Shown in pieces: positions 55,476-64,000 of a stretch of DNA of 64,000 nucleotides. The notes beneath the pieces are model-generated. The model did no database searches. It was not told the origin of the DNA and saw only the letters and a list, made by a program, of their open reading frames with translations. Origin of the DNA: Candidatus Marinacidobacterales bacterium. Lineage in GTDB: Bacteria > Acidobacteriota > Vicinamibacteria > Marinacidobacterales > SMYC01. Every line of letters starts with the position of its first letter. Position 1 is the first letter of the stretch. The stretch is from assembly GCA_965197495.1 (NCBI GenBank), contig OZ240210.1, positions 3,803,836 to 3,867,835 of the forward strand. Reading direction: 5' to 3'. The position numbers and the translations under genes were made by a program.

Positions 55476-56354
55476 GGGCTCATGGTGGTGATACGGCAGC
55501 TGACCGTCTCCGCAACTTTGCGCGCGTGCAGGAGGCCGCCGAGGGCCATCGCCGCCGCGACGAGCGTGAGGCTGACGCGCAGTTGGAGCGCTTCGAGGAC
55601 GACGAGTAGGCCAACGATCTTGGGAGCGTCGTTCAAACCGCGGGCAAAGCTGACCGCGCCCGAGCTCAAGAAGTGCAGGGCGTTCACGAGGGATTCGCTG
55701 CGCAGGATGACGGAAGGCCCCGCGTGGGTCGCACACGCATGCGCGTCGGCGCGCGCGATCGTGACGTGCGCCCCTCGATCGAGCGCTGCGACCGACGCAT
55801 GCGCTGTGAGCGGAACTAGCTCGCCGCCGCCCACGCACAGGCATAACGCCGACGGCGTTGCCCCGGCTTTTCGCATCCGGCGTAGGAGCGCGAGAACCAC
55901 GTCTCCCAACAGCACTGCGAGAACGGGGCTCACGAGAAGCGGTAAGAAGAACGTTTTTCCGAGTCGCGCGAAGTCGACCGCCGTACCCACGTGCATGAGG
56001 CCCGCGCCCATGAGGGCCGGTCAGAGCGTGCGTCGTCGAGATGGGAAAGCCGGTGAGGGCGGCGGTGAAGACAGTGAGCGCGGCGCCGAGCCCGACGGCG
56101 GCCAGAAACTCCGGTTGCGCCGCCGCGCCATCAGGAACGAGCCCCTTCCCGGAGAACGCTTTGACGAGCTCGCCGGCGAGCGCGACCGAGAGCAGAGAGC
56201 CCGCCATCGTCGTGAAAGTCGCCCAGGCGAGGGCTTTCCGGTAGCCGACGGTGCGGCTGCCGTAGAGCGTCGCCACACCCTTGAAGTTATCGTTCGCCCC
56301 GTTTGCGTAGGCGACGAAGAGAGCCGCGAGTAACAGAAACGCGAGCGTCAGCAT
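55475..56354 (-). pseudogene. PiT-family phosphate transporter, N-terminal ~290 codons, on an inverted segment and with a 1-nt frameshift near 56015
   Basis: MLTLAFLLLAALFVAYANGANDNFKGVATLYGS..GFPISTTHALTG. A second frame reads ALMGAGLMHVGTAVDF..SFARGLNDAPKIVGLL..KVAETVSCRITTMSPG. Confidence 0.7.
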
Positions 56355-56390
56355 CGGTTACGCGTGCGCGCTCAGCAGCAATCGCCTCCC

Positions 56391-56618
56391 GGCGAAGGGC
56401 TCGCCGCGAACCTCGTGACGACTCTTCTCGTCCTGACCGCGAGCTACAGCGGGCTTCCCGTCTCGACGACGCACGTGTCCTGTGGCTCCATCTTCGGCAT
56501 GGGGCTCACTAGCGGGAAGGCCGACCGGCAAGTCATCCAGCACATTCTTCTTTCGTGGGTGCTCACCCTGCCGTTCGCTGCGGCTTTGGCTGCCGGTGCC
56601 GCCTGGCTTTGGCGCTAG
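56391..56618 (+). pseudogene. PiT-family phosphate transporter, C-terminal ~75 codons, opposite strand to its N-terminal part
   Basis: GEGLAANLVTTLLVLTASYSGLPVSTTHVSCGSIFGMGLTSGKADRQVIQHILLSWVLTLPFAAALAAGAAWLWR. Confidence 0.7.
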
Positions 56619-57319
56619 GCCAGGACACCCTCCTGGACTCATCTACAATGCGAGCTTGAGCCAAGGGCTCGAGCGGGTGAGCTCCGTCCCAATGCTCAAC
56701 GCCGCAATCGTCGCGCGACCGTTCACTGGTCTCACGGCGATCGTTGCAACCTGCCGTCGTGAATATTTCGAGGGCGGACCACAATACTGAAGGGCCGATC
56801 TCACCAGAGTGACACGCCCACCCCCGGCCTCACGGCTTTGCAATATTTGGTATTGTCAAGTTGAGGGCTTCAAGGTCGATTCGACCCCAAGATATTGTTG
56901 ACGGCGCACCCTCGCGCCCCATGATATTGGGGCGCGATTCGCCAACTTGACACTGTAAGCGGAGCAAGCACCGGCCTTCCTAGCCCTATGGGCGTGGTCG
57001 ATGCCAACACTTGATTGCCGAAGCACCTGTTGAAGCGCCGGGGTCCAGCAAGTACCCTGTAGTGAATGCTGCAAAACTTGACACATCTACTCCGGGAGGT
57101 CGACGCGTTTTTTATGGCTGAATCCAAAGTTCACGAGACCTTCGAGCGGCTGGCGCGTCGGCTGATGCCTCTGTGTTCGACGCTGCTAGCAGCGTCGTCC
57201 CGGCGGACGGTGACGTCGTGAGCTCCCTGGAAGATCTCGTCGCGCGCATCGGAAACGGTAAGTGTTTTCGAAACTCTGTACTACTAACCCTGAAAAGCTT
57301 GTTTTGAGAAGAAGAAAAA

Positions 57320-58906
57320 TCATGCGGCAGCAGCGTGGAGTTTATCGAGGGAGAGAGAGTTTGCGGTAAGTAATGCGGAGCAAAGTTGCTGACCGCGCTT
57401 TGTGAGTCTGTAGCGAAAAGTTTTGGGAACTTTTTTGACAAGACGGTGGGCTCGGAGGATGCGAATGAGCCGGGTGACGCGTCCGCTTAGCCGCCTGGTT
57501 TCGAGAGGGTCGTCCGAAGTCTTGGGAAAGAGCAAGGCACGGAGTTCCCTGTTGCGAAAGCCTCGCAGATGAAACTCTCCACGGGAAATAGCGGCGAGGA
57601 GTCGGGCGTCCAGAGCGTCCCAAGGGCGAAGAGCTCGGAGGGTGGAGCCATTCCATTGAGTTTTTTGGCTGACGCGAGCGAGGAGTTGACCGAGTGGGGT
57701 TGAGGTATCACAAGCGGCGAGAGCGTCGAGGTAGCGCTCATTGGAGTCCTGGGAGAGCTGGGCACGACGATGCAGGTCTGCGATGCCACGACGGAGCGGA
57801 CGCCACTCGAGAGGGCCGTTGGGGTCGCCTTCCTTTGGCCGGTAGCAGCGCATACCCTCGGCACGCTGGATGGTTGTCTCCACACGGAGCACGGAACCTT
57901 GTTTGTCGTAGAGTTTGACGGAATTGAGGTCGAGGGCATGTTTGATACGCAGACCCTCGGGCCGGTGGCGAAATCGGCTGACGACTTCCCCTGAAAAGTC
58001 GGTTCGAATCCGTTTTCCGAGAAAGCGCATCACGTCGGGGCTCGAAAAGTTTGTGATCGCATGATGTACAAGAGCGGGATAGATCTCCGCGAGGCTAGAG
58101 CTGTTACGAAACGTGACGTCGGTGGCCCATTCGCTGCTGTAGACACTCCAGTAGTAGTCGAGGCCACTCGGCGGGAATAATTTGTCTTGCAATGGATTGA
58201 CGAATCGACTCAGGCGATTCAGGATGTGAGGCCAGTTGGTTTTGAGCTGCTCATCGAGAAGCTGCTGTGCCGCGTGGGCATCCTCAACCCAGGTAAAGCA
58301 GTTTTCCCGGCGCCGATATTGAATGCCAGCCTTATCCATCTCAACGGCGAGCCATTCACGGCCGTTGACGTAGACCTGAACATTGAATGGAAACCAGCTT
58401 TGGACACGGGCATGCATGAAACCAAAAATAGGGTCCATGCAGTAGTGGTAAAAGTTTAGGCACTTTCTGAGGGATTGCACGAGCTCCAACCGCTTCTTCT
58501 GGCGGTTGCGACGTATGCTGAAGGTGATACAAGGTTCCACGCAGCTCAGCACTGCGATGAGACCACTGCGGACATTGTCTTGTTGTGCAATCTCGCGTGC
58601 GATGGCCTCCTTGTTCTTACGGGAAGACTCCAGATAGACGACCGGACGCTCGAGTCGCTCCGCCTGCTGATACAAGGCCTGCTTGAGCTCGGAGGTACGC
58701 TGCAGTGCGAACTCCGCGAACTCCTTCAGAAGGATTTTCTGGTAGGAAAGGTACTTACCCATGCCGTCCGTATAAGAAATGTGGCGTAGGGTTCCGCGGA
58801 ACACCAACCGGTCGAATCCGCTCAGCACCCCTGTGATTCGATCCTCGTGACGTGATAAAAACTGTTTCACGGCGTCCTCCAGCGTGGGAAAGGGTTGTCG
58901 TGACAT
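57320..58906 (-). CDS. large conserved hypothetical protein (528 aa), visibly lower GC than its surroundings
   Basis: An intact ORF with ITGVLSGFDRLVFRGTLRH, CVEPCITFSIRRNR..KCLNFYHYCMDPIFGFMHARVQSWFPFNVQVYVNGREWL and SVKLYDKQGSVLRVETTI. The basic tail RVTRLIRILRAHRLVKKVPKTFRYRLTKRG looks winged-helix-like. I believe I have seen this pattern as an unannotated family but cannot name it. Confidence 0.6.
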   Translation of the reverse strand: MSRQPFPTLEDAVKQFLSRHEDRITGVLSGFDRLVFRGTLRHISYTDGMGKYLSYQKILLKEFAEFALQRTSELKQALYQQAERLERPVVYLESSRKNKEAIAREIAQQDNVRSGLIAVLSCVEPCITFSIRRNRQKKRLELVQSLRKCLNFYHYCMDPIFGFMHARVQSWFPFNVQVYVNGREWLAVEMDKAGIQYRRRENCFTWVEDAHAAQQLLDEQLKTNWPHILNRLSRFVNPLQDKLFPPSGLDYYWSVYSSEWATDVTFRNSSSLAEIYPALVHHAITNFSSPDVMRFLGKRIRTDFSGEVVSRFRHRPEGLRIKHALDLNSVKLYDKQGSVLRVETTIQRAEGMRCYRPKEGDPNGPLEWRPLRRGIADLHRRAQLSQDSNERYLDALAACDTSTPLGQLLARVSQKTQWNGSTLRALRPWDALDARLLAAISRGEFHLRGFRNRELRALLFPKTSDDPLETRRLSGRVTRLIRILRAHRLVKKVPKTFRYRLTKRGQQLCSALLTANSLSLDKLHAAAA

Positions 58907-59008
58907 CTTCCTACTCTGGATGTGGCGCCGTGTCTACTTCACGCCCAGATTGTGCATCGAGCCCGCGTTGGGCTGACGTGGTGAGCGAGCCGACAGCGAA
59001 GAGTCAGG

Positions 59009-59374
59009 ATGAAAGACTTTCGAGATCTAAAGGTTTGGGAGAAGGCCCATCAGCTAGTCAAGGGTTTGTACCAGGCCACCGGCCACTTCCCAACCGAAGA
59101 GAAGTTCGGCTTGACGGCTCAGATGCGCCGAGCGGCGGTTTCCATCCCGGCGAATATTGCTGAGGGCTGTGGACGCGGTTCAGACCGGGATATGGCCCGC
59201 TTTCTTCAAATGAGTATGGGCTCAGCAAGCGAGCTCGAATACGAACTGCTCCTTGCCCACGAGCTCGGGTTGCTCGATAGCCAAAGTCTTCAGGAGCTTG
59301 CCGAGCGAACCACCGAGGTCAAGCGTATACTCGCCTCTCTCATCCGGAGGCTCGAATCCGGAGCTGACCGCTGA
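59009..59374 (+). CDS. four-helix-bundle protein (23S rRNA intervening-sequence protein / Avd-like family)
   Basis: MKDFRDLKVWEKAHQLVKGLYQATGHFPTEEKFGLTAQMRRAAVSIPANIAEGCGRGSDRDMARFLQMSMGSASELEYELLLA is the textbook pattern of this family. Confidence 0.85.
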   Translation: MKDFRDLKVWEKAHQLVKGLYQATGHFPTEEKFGLTAQMRRAAVSIPANIAEGCGRGSDRDMARFLQMSMGSASELEYELLLAHELGLLDSQSLQELAERTTEVKRILASLIRRLESGADR

Positions 59375-59397
59375 ATGCTGACCGCTGACTGCTCGCG
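59363..59397. repeat. five tandem GCTGANN heptamers overlapping the 3' end of the four-helix-bundle gene
   Basis: GCTGACC GCTGAAT GCTGACC GCTGACT GCTCGCG. These are related to the CTGAATN heptamers at 5.3 and 12.2 kb. Confidence 0.6.
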
Positions 59398-59435
59398 GCG
59401 GAGCCGTCCTCCAATTTGGTTGCGGCTCCGCCGCG
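59394..59435. terminator. 13-bp GC-rich hairpin between convergent genes (possible bidirectional terminator)
   Basis: CGCGGCGGAGCCG (59394-59406) pairs with CGGCTCCGCCGCG (59423-59435), with a 16-nt loop. There is no clean U-tract. Confidence 0.45.
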
Positions 59436-59527
59436 CTGTGTCTCTGTGGCCATTCTTAAGGCGCCTCATGCACACAATTTGAGGAGCGGCCGAGCTTTCA
59501 GGCTTACCTGGCTAGGCTTTAGTCCGC

Positions 59528-60919
59528 TTAGCGCTGATCAGAGAAAGGGTCGGAGGCGGCGTAGTTCGTGGTGCGACGGCCATGCGATCCGAGCTGTTTC
59601 GAGGCCGCGGGGAAGACCCGGTTCCGTCCGTTGCACTTGGCCTCGTAGAGTGCTTTGTCGGCGGCGCGGATGAGCTCCGTACTGCCGTGACCGTCTCTCG
59701 GATAGTTCGCGACCCCTCCGCTGAAACTGAGAATCCCGAGCAGCTGCTTGTCTCGATGGGGAAAGTCGTGTTCGGCAACGTGACGCAATATGTTCTCGGC
59801 GGCTTTCATCGCCTGCTCGGACGTCGCTCCCGGAAAGATCAGAAGAAACTCTTCTCCGCCATAGCGTCCGAACACATTGTTTTCGCGCGTGTTGTCCGCA
59901 ACGACTTGAACGAATCTCTTGAGCAGACGGTCGCCCTCATCGTGGCCGTTGACGTCGTTGTAGTTCTTGAAGTTGTCGATATCCAATAAAAGGATCGAAA
60001 CCTCCGAGCTATTCTTCTCACTTTCGACGATCTTCTCGGACAGATGAGTCAAAGTGTAAGTCTTGTTGTAGATCCCCGTGAGCCCGTCGATCTCCGTGGT
60101 CTCCTTCATCGCACCATAAGCGGTCGCGTGCTGTAGCGCCATGGCGCCGATATGCGCGATGAGGCGAAGGACCGCTTTCGCGCTTTCGGAATGGAGGCTC
60201 GGGCGGGACATCACGAGAAGCCCGAGGGTCTTGCCATCGAATACCATTGGCGCGACCAGATCGCAGTCGAATCCTTCGATCTTGTACCGCTTGAGCTCGG
60301 AGCGCACGTGAGACGGAAGCTTCGAGAAATCGTCACGGCTCATCACCTGTTGGCTCTCGGCCACCATCCCGAGCTCTCCTTGGTCGGACGGAAGCTCGAT
60401 GCCGGCGTCGATTTTGTTGTCCGAGCTCGAGGCCGCCGCGACGACGAACGTGGACCCACGACTCGGATCGCTCGTCGTTTCTCTTCGGCGAAGCAGTATC
60501 ATGGACCCCCACGGCTCGAACGTTCGGAGCATGATCTTGTTGAGCTCGGCCGGGATACTGCGTGGATCTACCTTCGAGTGAAGCTCACGCGACAAATGCG
60601 GAAACTCGCGCGCGAAGCGCACGACGAACTCGCGCTCGCGTGAGGTCTGCGCCGCTGGTCGGATCGATGCGAGCGTGTCGCGGAGCGTTTGGATCGTCTC
60701 GAGTGCTCTCTCGTACTTCAAACTCAGCGCAAGAAAGGCGCCGCAAACGAAAACGAGCGACACGACAATAAGCACGATCGCCGTTAGTATCATGCTGAAA
60801 AACCCATACTTGCGGGTAGGCCCCCAACCCTCGCTTCGCATCCGCTTAGCCGCCGATATTGTTGCGACCATTGGATAGTCCCAGGCGAGCAGCTGTTGTT
60901 GGGATGTTTGGCGTATCAC
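59528..60919 (-). CDS. membrane-anchored GAF-GGDEF diguanylate cyclase
   Basis: N-terminal TM segment, a GAF-like middle region, then GLTGIYNKTY..LLLDIDNFKNYNDVNGHDEGDRLL..GRYGGEEFLLIF (GGEEF). The start is uncertain. Confidence 0.8.
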   Translation of the reverse strand: MIRQTSQQQLLAWDYPMVATISAAKRMRSEGWGPTRKYGFFSMILTAIVLIVVSLVFVCGAFLALSLKYERALETIQTLRDTLASIRPAAQTSREREFVVRFAREFPHLSRELHSKVDPRSIPAELNKIMLRTFEPWGSMILLRRRETTSDPSRGSTFVVAAASSSDNKIDAGIELPSDQGELGMVAESQQVMSRDDFSKLPSHVRSELKRYKIEGFDCDLVAPMVFDGKTLGLLVMSRPSLHSESAKAVLRLIAHIGAMALQHATAYGAMKETTEIDGLTGIYNKTYTLTHLSEKIVESEKNSSEVSILLLDIDNFKNYNDVNGHDEGDRLLKRFVQVVADNTRENNVFGRYGGEEFLLIFPGATSEQAMKAAENILRHVAEHDFPHRDKQLLGILSFSGGVANYPRDGHGSTELIRAADKALYEAKCNGRNRVFPAASKQLGSHGRRTTNYAASDPFSDQR

Positions 60920-61164
60920 CTCATTCTACCGACAAAACGGGACATCAGTCCACCGGAAAGGTCAAAGGCCAAATCGCGATCGTCCGCGGCATCGCGTCCG
61001 CAGACAGCGCCACGGCGTTCACGACTTGCCGCTCGTTGGCGTGAAAGAGCTCTTTTCCGTCCGCGACAATAGGTCTCGAGATCGTCGAGGCGAAAGACCT
61101 CGCGGCCTTCGGGCAGCTCCCAAACAACGATGCCGCCTTTTCCGGACTGCTGAATATCTACGAG

Positions 61165-63342
61165 CTACGGCTTCAAGTGACGCTCCATGAACTCGAACAC
61201 CATCGTCCAGAGATGGATCACCGCGTTCGAGCCGCGGATCCCGTGTGTCTTGTTCGGATAGAACATGAGGTCGAATTGTTTCCGGTTCTTGATGAGTGCG
61301 TCGATCAGCTGAAACGTATTTTGCGGGTGCACGTTGTCGTCGTGGCTCCCGTGGATGATGAGCATCCGTCCGTTATAGTTCGAGGCGTCAACGACGGAGG
61401 AGGTCCGCTCATAGGCTTCCGGATCTTCCTCGGGAACGCCCATGTAGCGCTCGGTGTAGATCGAATCGTATAGATACCAATCGGTGACGGGCGCCCCGGC
61501 GACGCCGATCTTGAACAAGTCTGTATGCGTCATGTGGAACGTAGTCGTGAATCCCCCGCCACTCCAACCCCAGACACCGGTGTTCTCGCTGTCGATATAT
61601 GGCAAGCCGGTCAGGTACTCGACTGCGACCGCATGATCCTGGACCGCAAGTGGGCCGATATTGTGATCCCCGAGAGCGGCATATTTCTTTCCCCAAATCG
61701 CGGAGCTTCGGTCGTCGATCTGTGCGACGACATAGCCCTCCTGCACGAGGAATTGGTGAAACAAAAAGCGGTTCCCTCCCCACGAGTCCCGAATGGTCGG
61801 CACTCCCGGCATCCCGTAGACATAAGCGACGAGCGGATATTTCTTGCCCGGCTCGAACTCGCGGGGCTTCATTACCAATAGCCCGACTTTGTGGCCGTCC
61901 GGCGTGTCGAGTAGTGTCCGCTCCGGCTCGACCAGGTCGTAGCCTACGATCGGCTGAGGCTCGTGGAAGGCAACGGTACGATCCGAACCGACACTTTGAA
62001 AGGTTGTACCGCCCAACTCTGTCATCGAGGCGAAACGGTCGAGATAAGCTCCTGTTTCGGCGTTCAAGTCGATTTGATGAGTCCCTTTGCCGTCGGTCAG
62101 CCGCTTCAGGCCCGAGCCATCGAGCTTCACGCGGTAGAGGTCGCGGCCGATGGGGTTGTCGCGGTTCGCGGAGAAGTAGACGAGCTCCTCGTCGGCGTCG
62201 AAGCCGTCGAGTCCGAAGACTTGCCAATCACCGTCCGTCAACTGCTCGAGGACGGTCCCCTTGTCGTCATAGAGATAGACGTGGCGGAAGCCCGAACGCT
62301 CGGACGTCCACACAAAGCGATCGCCGTCGAGGAAGGTCAAATCGTTGGTCACATTGATCCAATGAGCGTCTGTCTCCGTCATGACGGTGCGCGAGCGGCC
62401 GGTCTTGGGATCCACATAGATGAGCTGAAGCTCGTCCTGGCCGCGGTTCAGGAGCTGTATCGCCACCGTGTCGCCGTCTCGCCAATCGATCCGCGGGATG
62501 TACTCGGCGGAGCGGTCGATCCAAGCCGTGCGGCCGTTTTCGACGTTCACGATACCGGCACGCACGCGCGGGTTTGGATCGCCCGGCTTCGGGTAACGCT
62601 GGAGGTCGACCTTCGCCTGGCGTGAGACGAGCTCTGGAATCGGGTAGGTCGGAACGAGCGTTTCATCGAGCTCGAGAAACGCGATGTGCCGGCTGTCCGG
62701 CGACCAGTGGTAGCCGGTCCCGACGTTCAGCTCTTCGGGGTAGACCCAGTCGAGATCGCCGTGCAGGATGAGATCGCTCCCGCCAAATGTCAGCTGCTTT
62801 TCGTCCCCGTCGCCGCCGGCGACGGGGACGGGAACGACCCAAATGTCGTGCTCGTAGACGAAGGCGATCGACGCGCCGTCCGGGGAGAACTTGGGGTCAA
62901 CCACGTTGTCTTTGGACGGCGCGAGATGTGTCGCTTCCCCGCTCGAAAGAGCGTAGACGAGGATCCGGCCGGAGCTCGCGAGCAGTAGCGACGCGCCGTC
63001 GGGGGACCAGTGATAGTCGGGAACGCCGAAGCGCGTTCGGCGGGTGCGCTCGCGCTCCGCGTCTGTGACCTGCGCCGGCGACGGCGCCATGTCGCGGAGG
63101 GTGTCCCTCGACACGAGCACGCGACGCTCGAACGTGCCGGTGTCGAATAGCCAGAGATCTCTATCATCGTCCGAGGACAGGAAGTAGCTGAGGTGCCCTT
63201 CGGGGGTCCAGCGTGTTTGAGAAGGAGCGGGCGACGACAGGTCACCGCCATAAATGGCTTCGATGGTGAGTTTCTTGGGCTGCGCTTCCGCGAGAGCGAA
63301 CGGCAGAAGCGACACGAGGACGAGAGCAATCGAGCGATACAT
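61165..63342 (-). CDS. S9 family serine peptidase, dipeptidyl-peptidase-IV-like (beta-propeller + alpha/beta hydrolase)
   Basis: Signal peptide MYRSIALVLVSLLPFALAEA, a DPP-IV-type propeller, the nucleophile elbow GVWGWSGGGF, and ..IHGSHDDNVH. Confidence 0.85.
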   Translation of the reverse strand: MYRSIALVLVSLLPFALAEAQPKKLTIEAIYGGDLSSPAPSQTRWTPEGHLSYFLSSDDDRDLWLFDTGTFERRVLVSRDTLRDMAPSPAQVTDAERERTRRTRFGVPDYHWSPDGASLLLASSGRILVYALSSGEATHLAPSKDNVVDPKFSPDGASIAFVYEHDIWVVPVPVAGGDGDEKQLTFGGSDLILHGDLDWVYPEELNVGTGYHWSPDSRHIAFLELDETLVPTYPIPELVSRQAKVDLQRYPKPGDPNPRVRAGIVNVENGRTAWIDRSAEYIPRIDWRDGDTVAIQLLNRGQDELQLIYVDPKTGRSRTVMTETDAHWINVTNDLTFLDGDRFVWTSERSGFRHVYLYDDKGTVLEQLTDGDWQVFGLDGFDADEELVYFSANRDNPIGRDLYRVKLDGSGLKRLTDGKGTHQIDLNAETGAYLDRFASMTELGGTTFQSVGSDRTVAFHEPQPIVGYDLVEPERTLLDTPDGHKVGLLVMKPREFEPGKKYPLVAYVYGMPGVPTIRDSWGGNRFLFHQFLVQEGYVVAQIDDRSSAIWGKKYAALGDHNIGPLAVQDHAVAVEYLTGLPYIDSENTGVWGWSGGGFTTTFHMTHTDLFKIGVAGAPVTDWYLYDSIYTERYMGVPEEDPEAYERTSSVVDASNYNGRMLIIHGSHDDNVHPQNTFQLIDALIKNRKQFDLMFYPNKTHGIRGSNAVIHLWTMVFEFMERHLKP

Positions 63343-63534
63343 AGCGCGTGGAACCTCCCTGAGTGGCCGGAGTGGCCCAGAAGGTACCAGCCTTGGCGCA
63401 ACGCTTCAACATTCAGCCGCTGCGCCGCGAAACCAACGTGTCCGGGACGGCTCAGGAAGCGACATCAGCGAGGGTGTCCTGATTGCGGAGGTTCCTTCTA
63501 AGACACGGGCCGGAAACTGCAACCGGTATCGCGG

Positions 63535-64000
63535 TCAAAGAGCGGGAAGGTTCGACTTCGTTGCGCGCAGAATCTCGGCGCTCGCGGCATGCTCGTCGCT
63601 CGCCGCCATCTTCGCAAAAAGCCGCGTGTACAGCCGGTCGCGCACACCCTCGGGGAGAGCGTCGAAAAGATCGCTATAGATCATGTAGCTCAGCGGAAAG
63701 CGGAACAGGCGCGTCTTCAAGTCGAGCTCACGCAAGGAACGCCCCTTGCGATCGCGGGGACCCTTTTGCGAGAACATCTCGGCAAAAGCAGAGGCGCCTT
63801 GGACCGGTTCCGTCAGCGGGACCTCGTCTTCGAACAGCATGTATCCAGCGACTTCTTCGATCCGTGCCTCGAGAACGGCATCTCCCTTGCTCTCGTGCGC
63901 CGCGATGCGCGCTTCCCAGCCGAGGCGGATCAAGAGATTCGTCATCTGCGTTTGATGCTCAAGCGTCATCAATGCAACGAGGTCGCTCGAAGGCGCCAAG
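63535..64000 (-). CDS. C-terminal part of a conserved hypothetical protein; 5' end beyond the window
   Basis: The frame is open to the window edge, and the listed M is a TTG artefact. ..GRSLRELDLKTRLFRFPLSYMIYSDLFDALPEGVRDRLYTRL.. is a pattern I associate with large cytochrome-c-like/DUF proteins of Acidobacteria and Planctomycetes. That association is from memory only. Confidence 0.5.
   Translation of the reverse strand, partial: LAPSSDLVALMTLEHQTQMTNLLIRLGWEARIAAHESKGDAVLEARIEEVAGYMLFEDEVPLTEPVQGASAFAEMFSQKGPRDRKGRSLRELDLKTRLFRFPLSYMIYSDLFDALPEGVRDRLYTRLFAKMAASDEHAASAEILRATKSNLPAL

Noticed and set aside
55086-56354. 422-aa minus ORF and 379-aa plus ORF (55194..56333) taken at face value
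   Set aside because: Both are composites. Only the PiT-like parts (minus) and the first ~95 codons (plus) show family patterns. The rest is read-through of the opposite-strand gene.
57106-57300. Small ORF MAESKVHETFERLARR.. with a second frame ..VSSLEDLVARIGNGK
   Set aside because: It has no recognisable family, needs a frameshift to be continuous, and has no ribosome-binding site at a sensible distance.
58000-58025. GGTTCGAATCC, a tRNA T-arm-like string
   Set aside because: It lies inside the 528-aa CDS, and no acceptor or anticodon arms can be drawn around it. I found no tRNA gene in the window, including next to the recombinases.
59009-59527. Diversity-generating retroelement around the Avd-like four-helix-bundle gene
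   Set aside because: No reverse transcriptase gene and no template/variable repeat pair are visible nearby. The downstream 150 bp holds only heptamers and a hairpin.
60945-61160. Short ORFs resembling WD40/beta-propeller repeats (..GGIVVWELPEGREVF.. and ..KELFHANERQVVNAVALSADA..)
   Set aside because: They are only ~60 codons across two frames. This is too short to call, though it may be another gene scrap.

Overview
High-GC bacterial chromosomal segment (roughly 60-65% by eye, not computed). The gene content fits an Acidobacteriota-like organism: CarboxypepD_reg-type TonB receptor, M50-HlyD fusion, System I ccm genes, many SDR/MFS genes. This assignment is inference only.

Layout:
- 1-21.4 kb: mostly intact metabolic and membrane genes. 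These include E1-beta, a HEAT-fused transporter, a Tat-signal PLP enzyme, a TonB receptor, thioesterase, FadB-like, Ldh_2, FHA, GAF, SDR and an NSS transporter.
- 21.56-25.57 kb: two head-to-tail copies of a 2003-bp IS1634-family element.
- 26.8-27.7 kb: ccmC-ccmD.
- 27.7-39.9 kb: lower-GC, pseudogene-rich accessory stretch that separates ccmCD from the rest of the operon. It holds two decayed tyrosine recombinases, ISL3, an IS200 copy, an IS1634 fragment and an HNH remnant. It also holds a 5-kb segment bounded by 55-bp inverted repeats.
- 39.9-45.9 kb: remainder of the System I operon, in the order ccmE-F-H-x-x-A-B.
- 46-53.5 kb: envelope-glycan cluster (radical SAM/SPASM, GT4, methyltransferase, GT2, DegT).
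- 53.5-56.6 kb: heavily rearranged zone with fused gene fragments and a 916-bp inversion that splits a PiT phosphate transporter.
- 56.6-64 kb: low-GC insert with a 528-aa orphan gene and a four-helix-bundle (Avd/IVS-like) gene, then a GAF-GGDEF gene, a DPP-IV-type S9 peptidase and a partial gene.

I found no rRNA, tRNA or CRISPR array.

Recurring themes are about 20 disrupted genes and three IS families. A family of CTGAATN heptanucleotide hairpin repeats also recurs. Translational coupling through ATGA/GTGA/TTGA start-stop overlaps is frequent.

All protein family calls come from reading the translations and recognising motifs. No database search was run.
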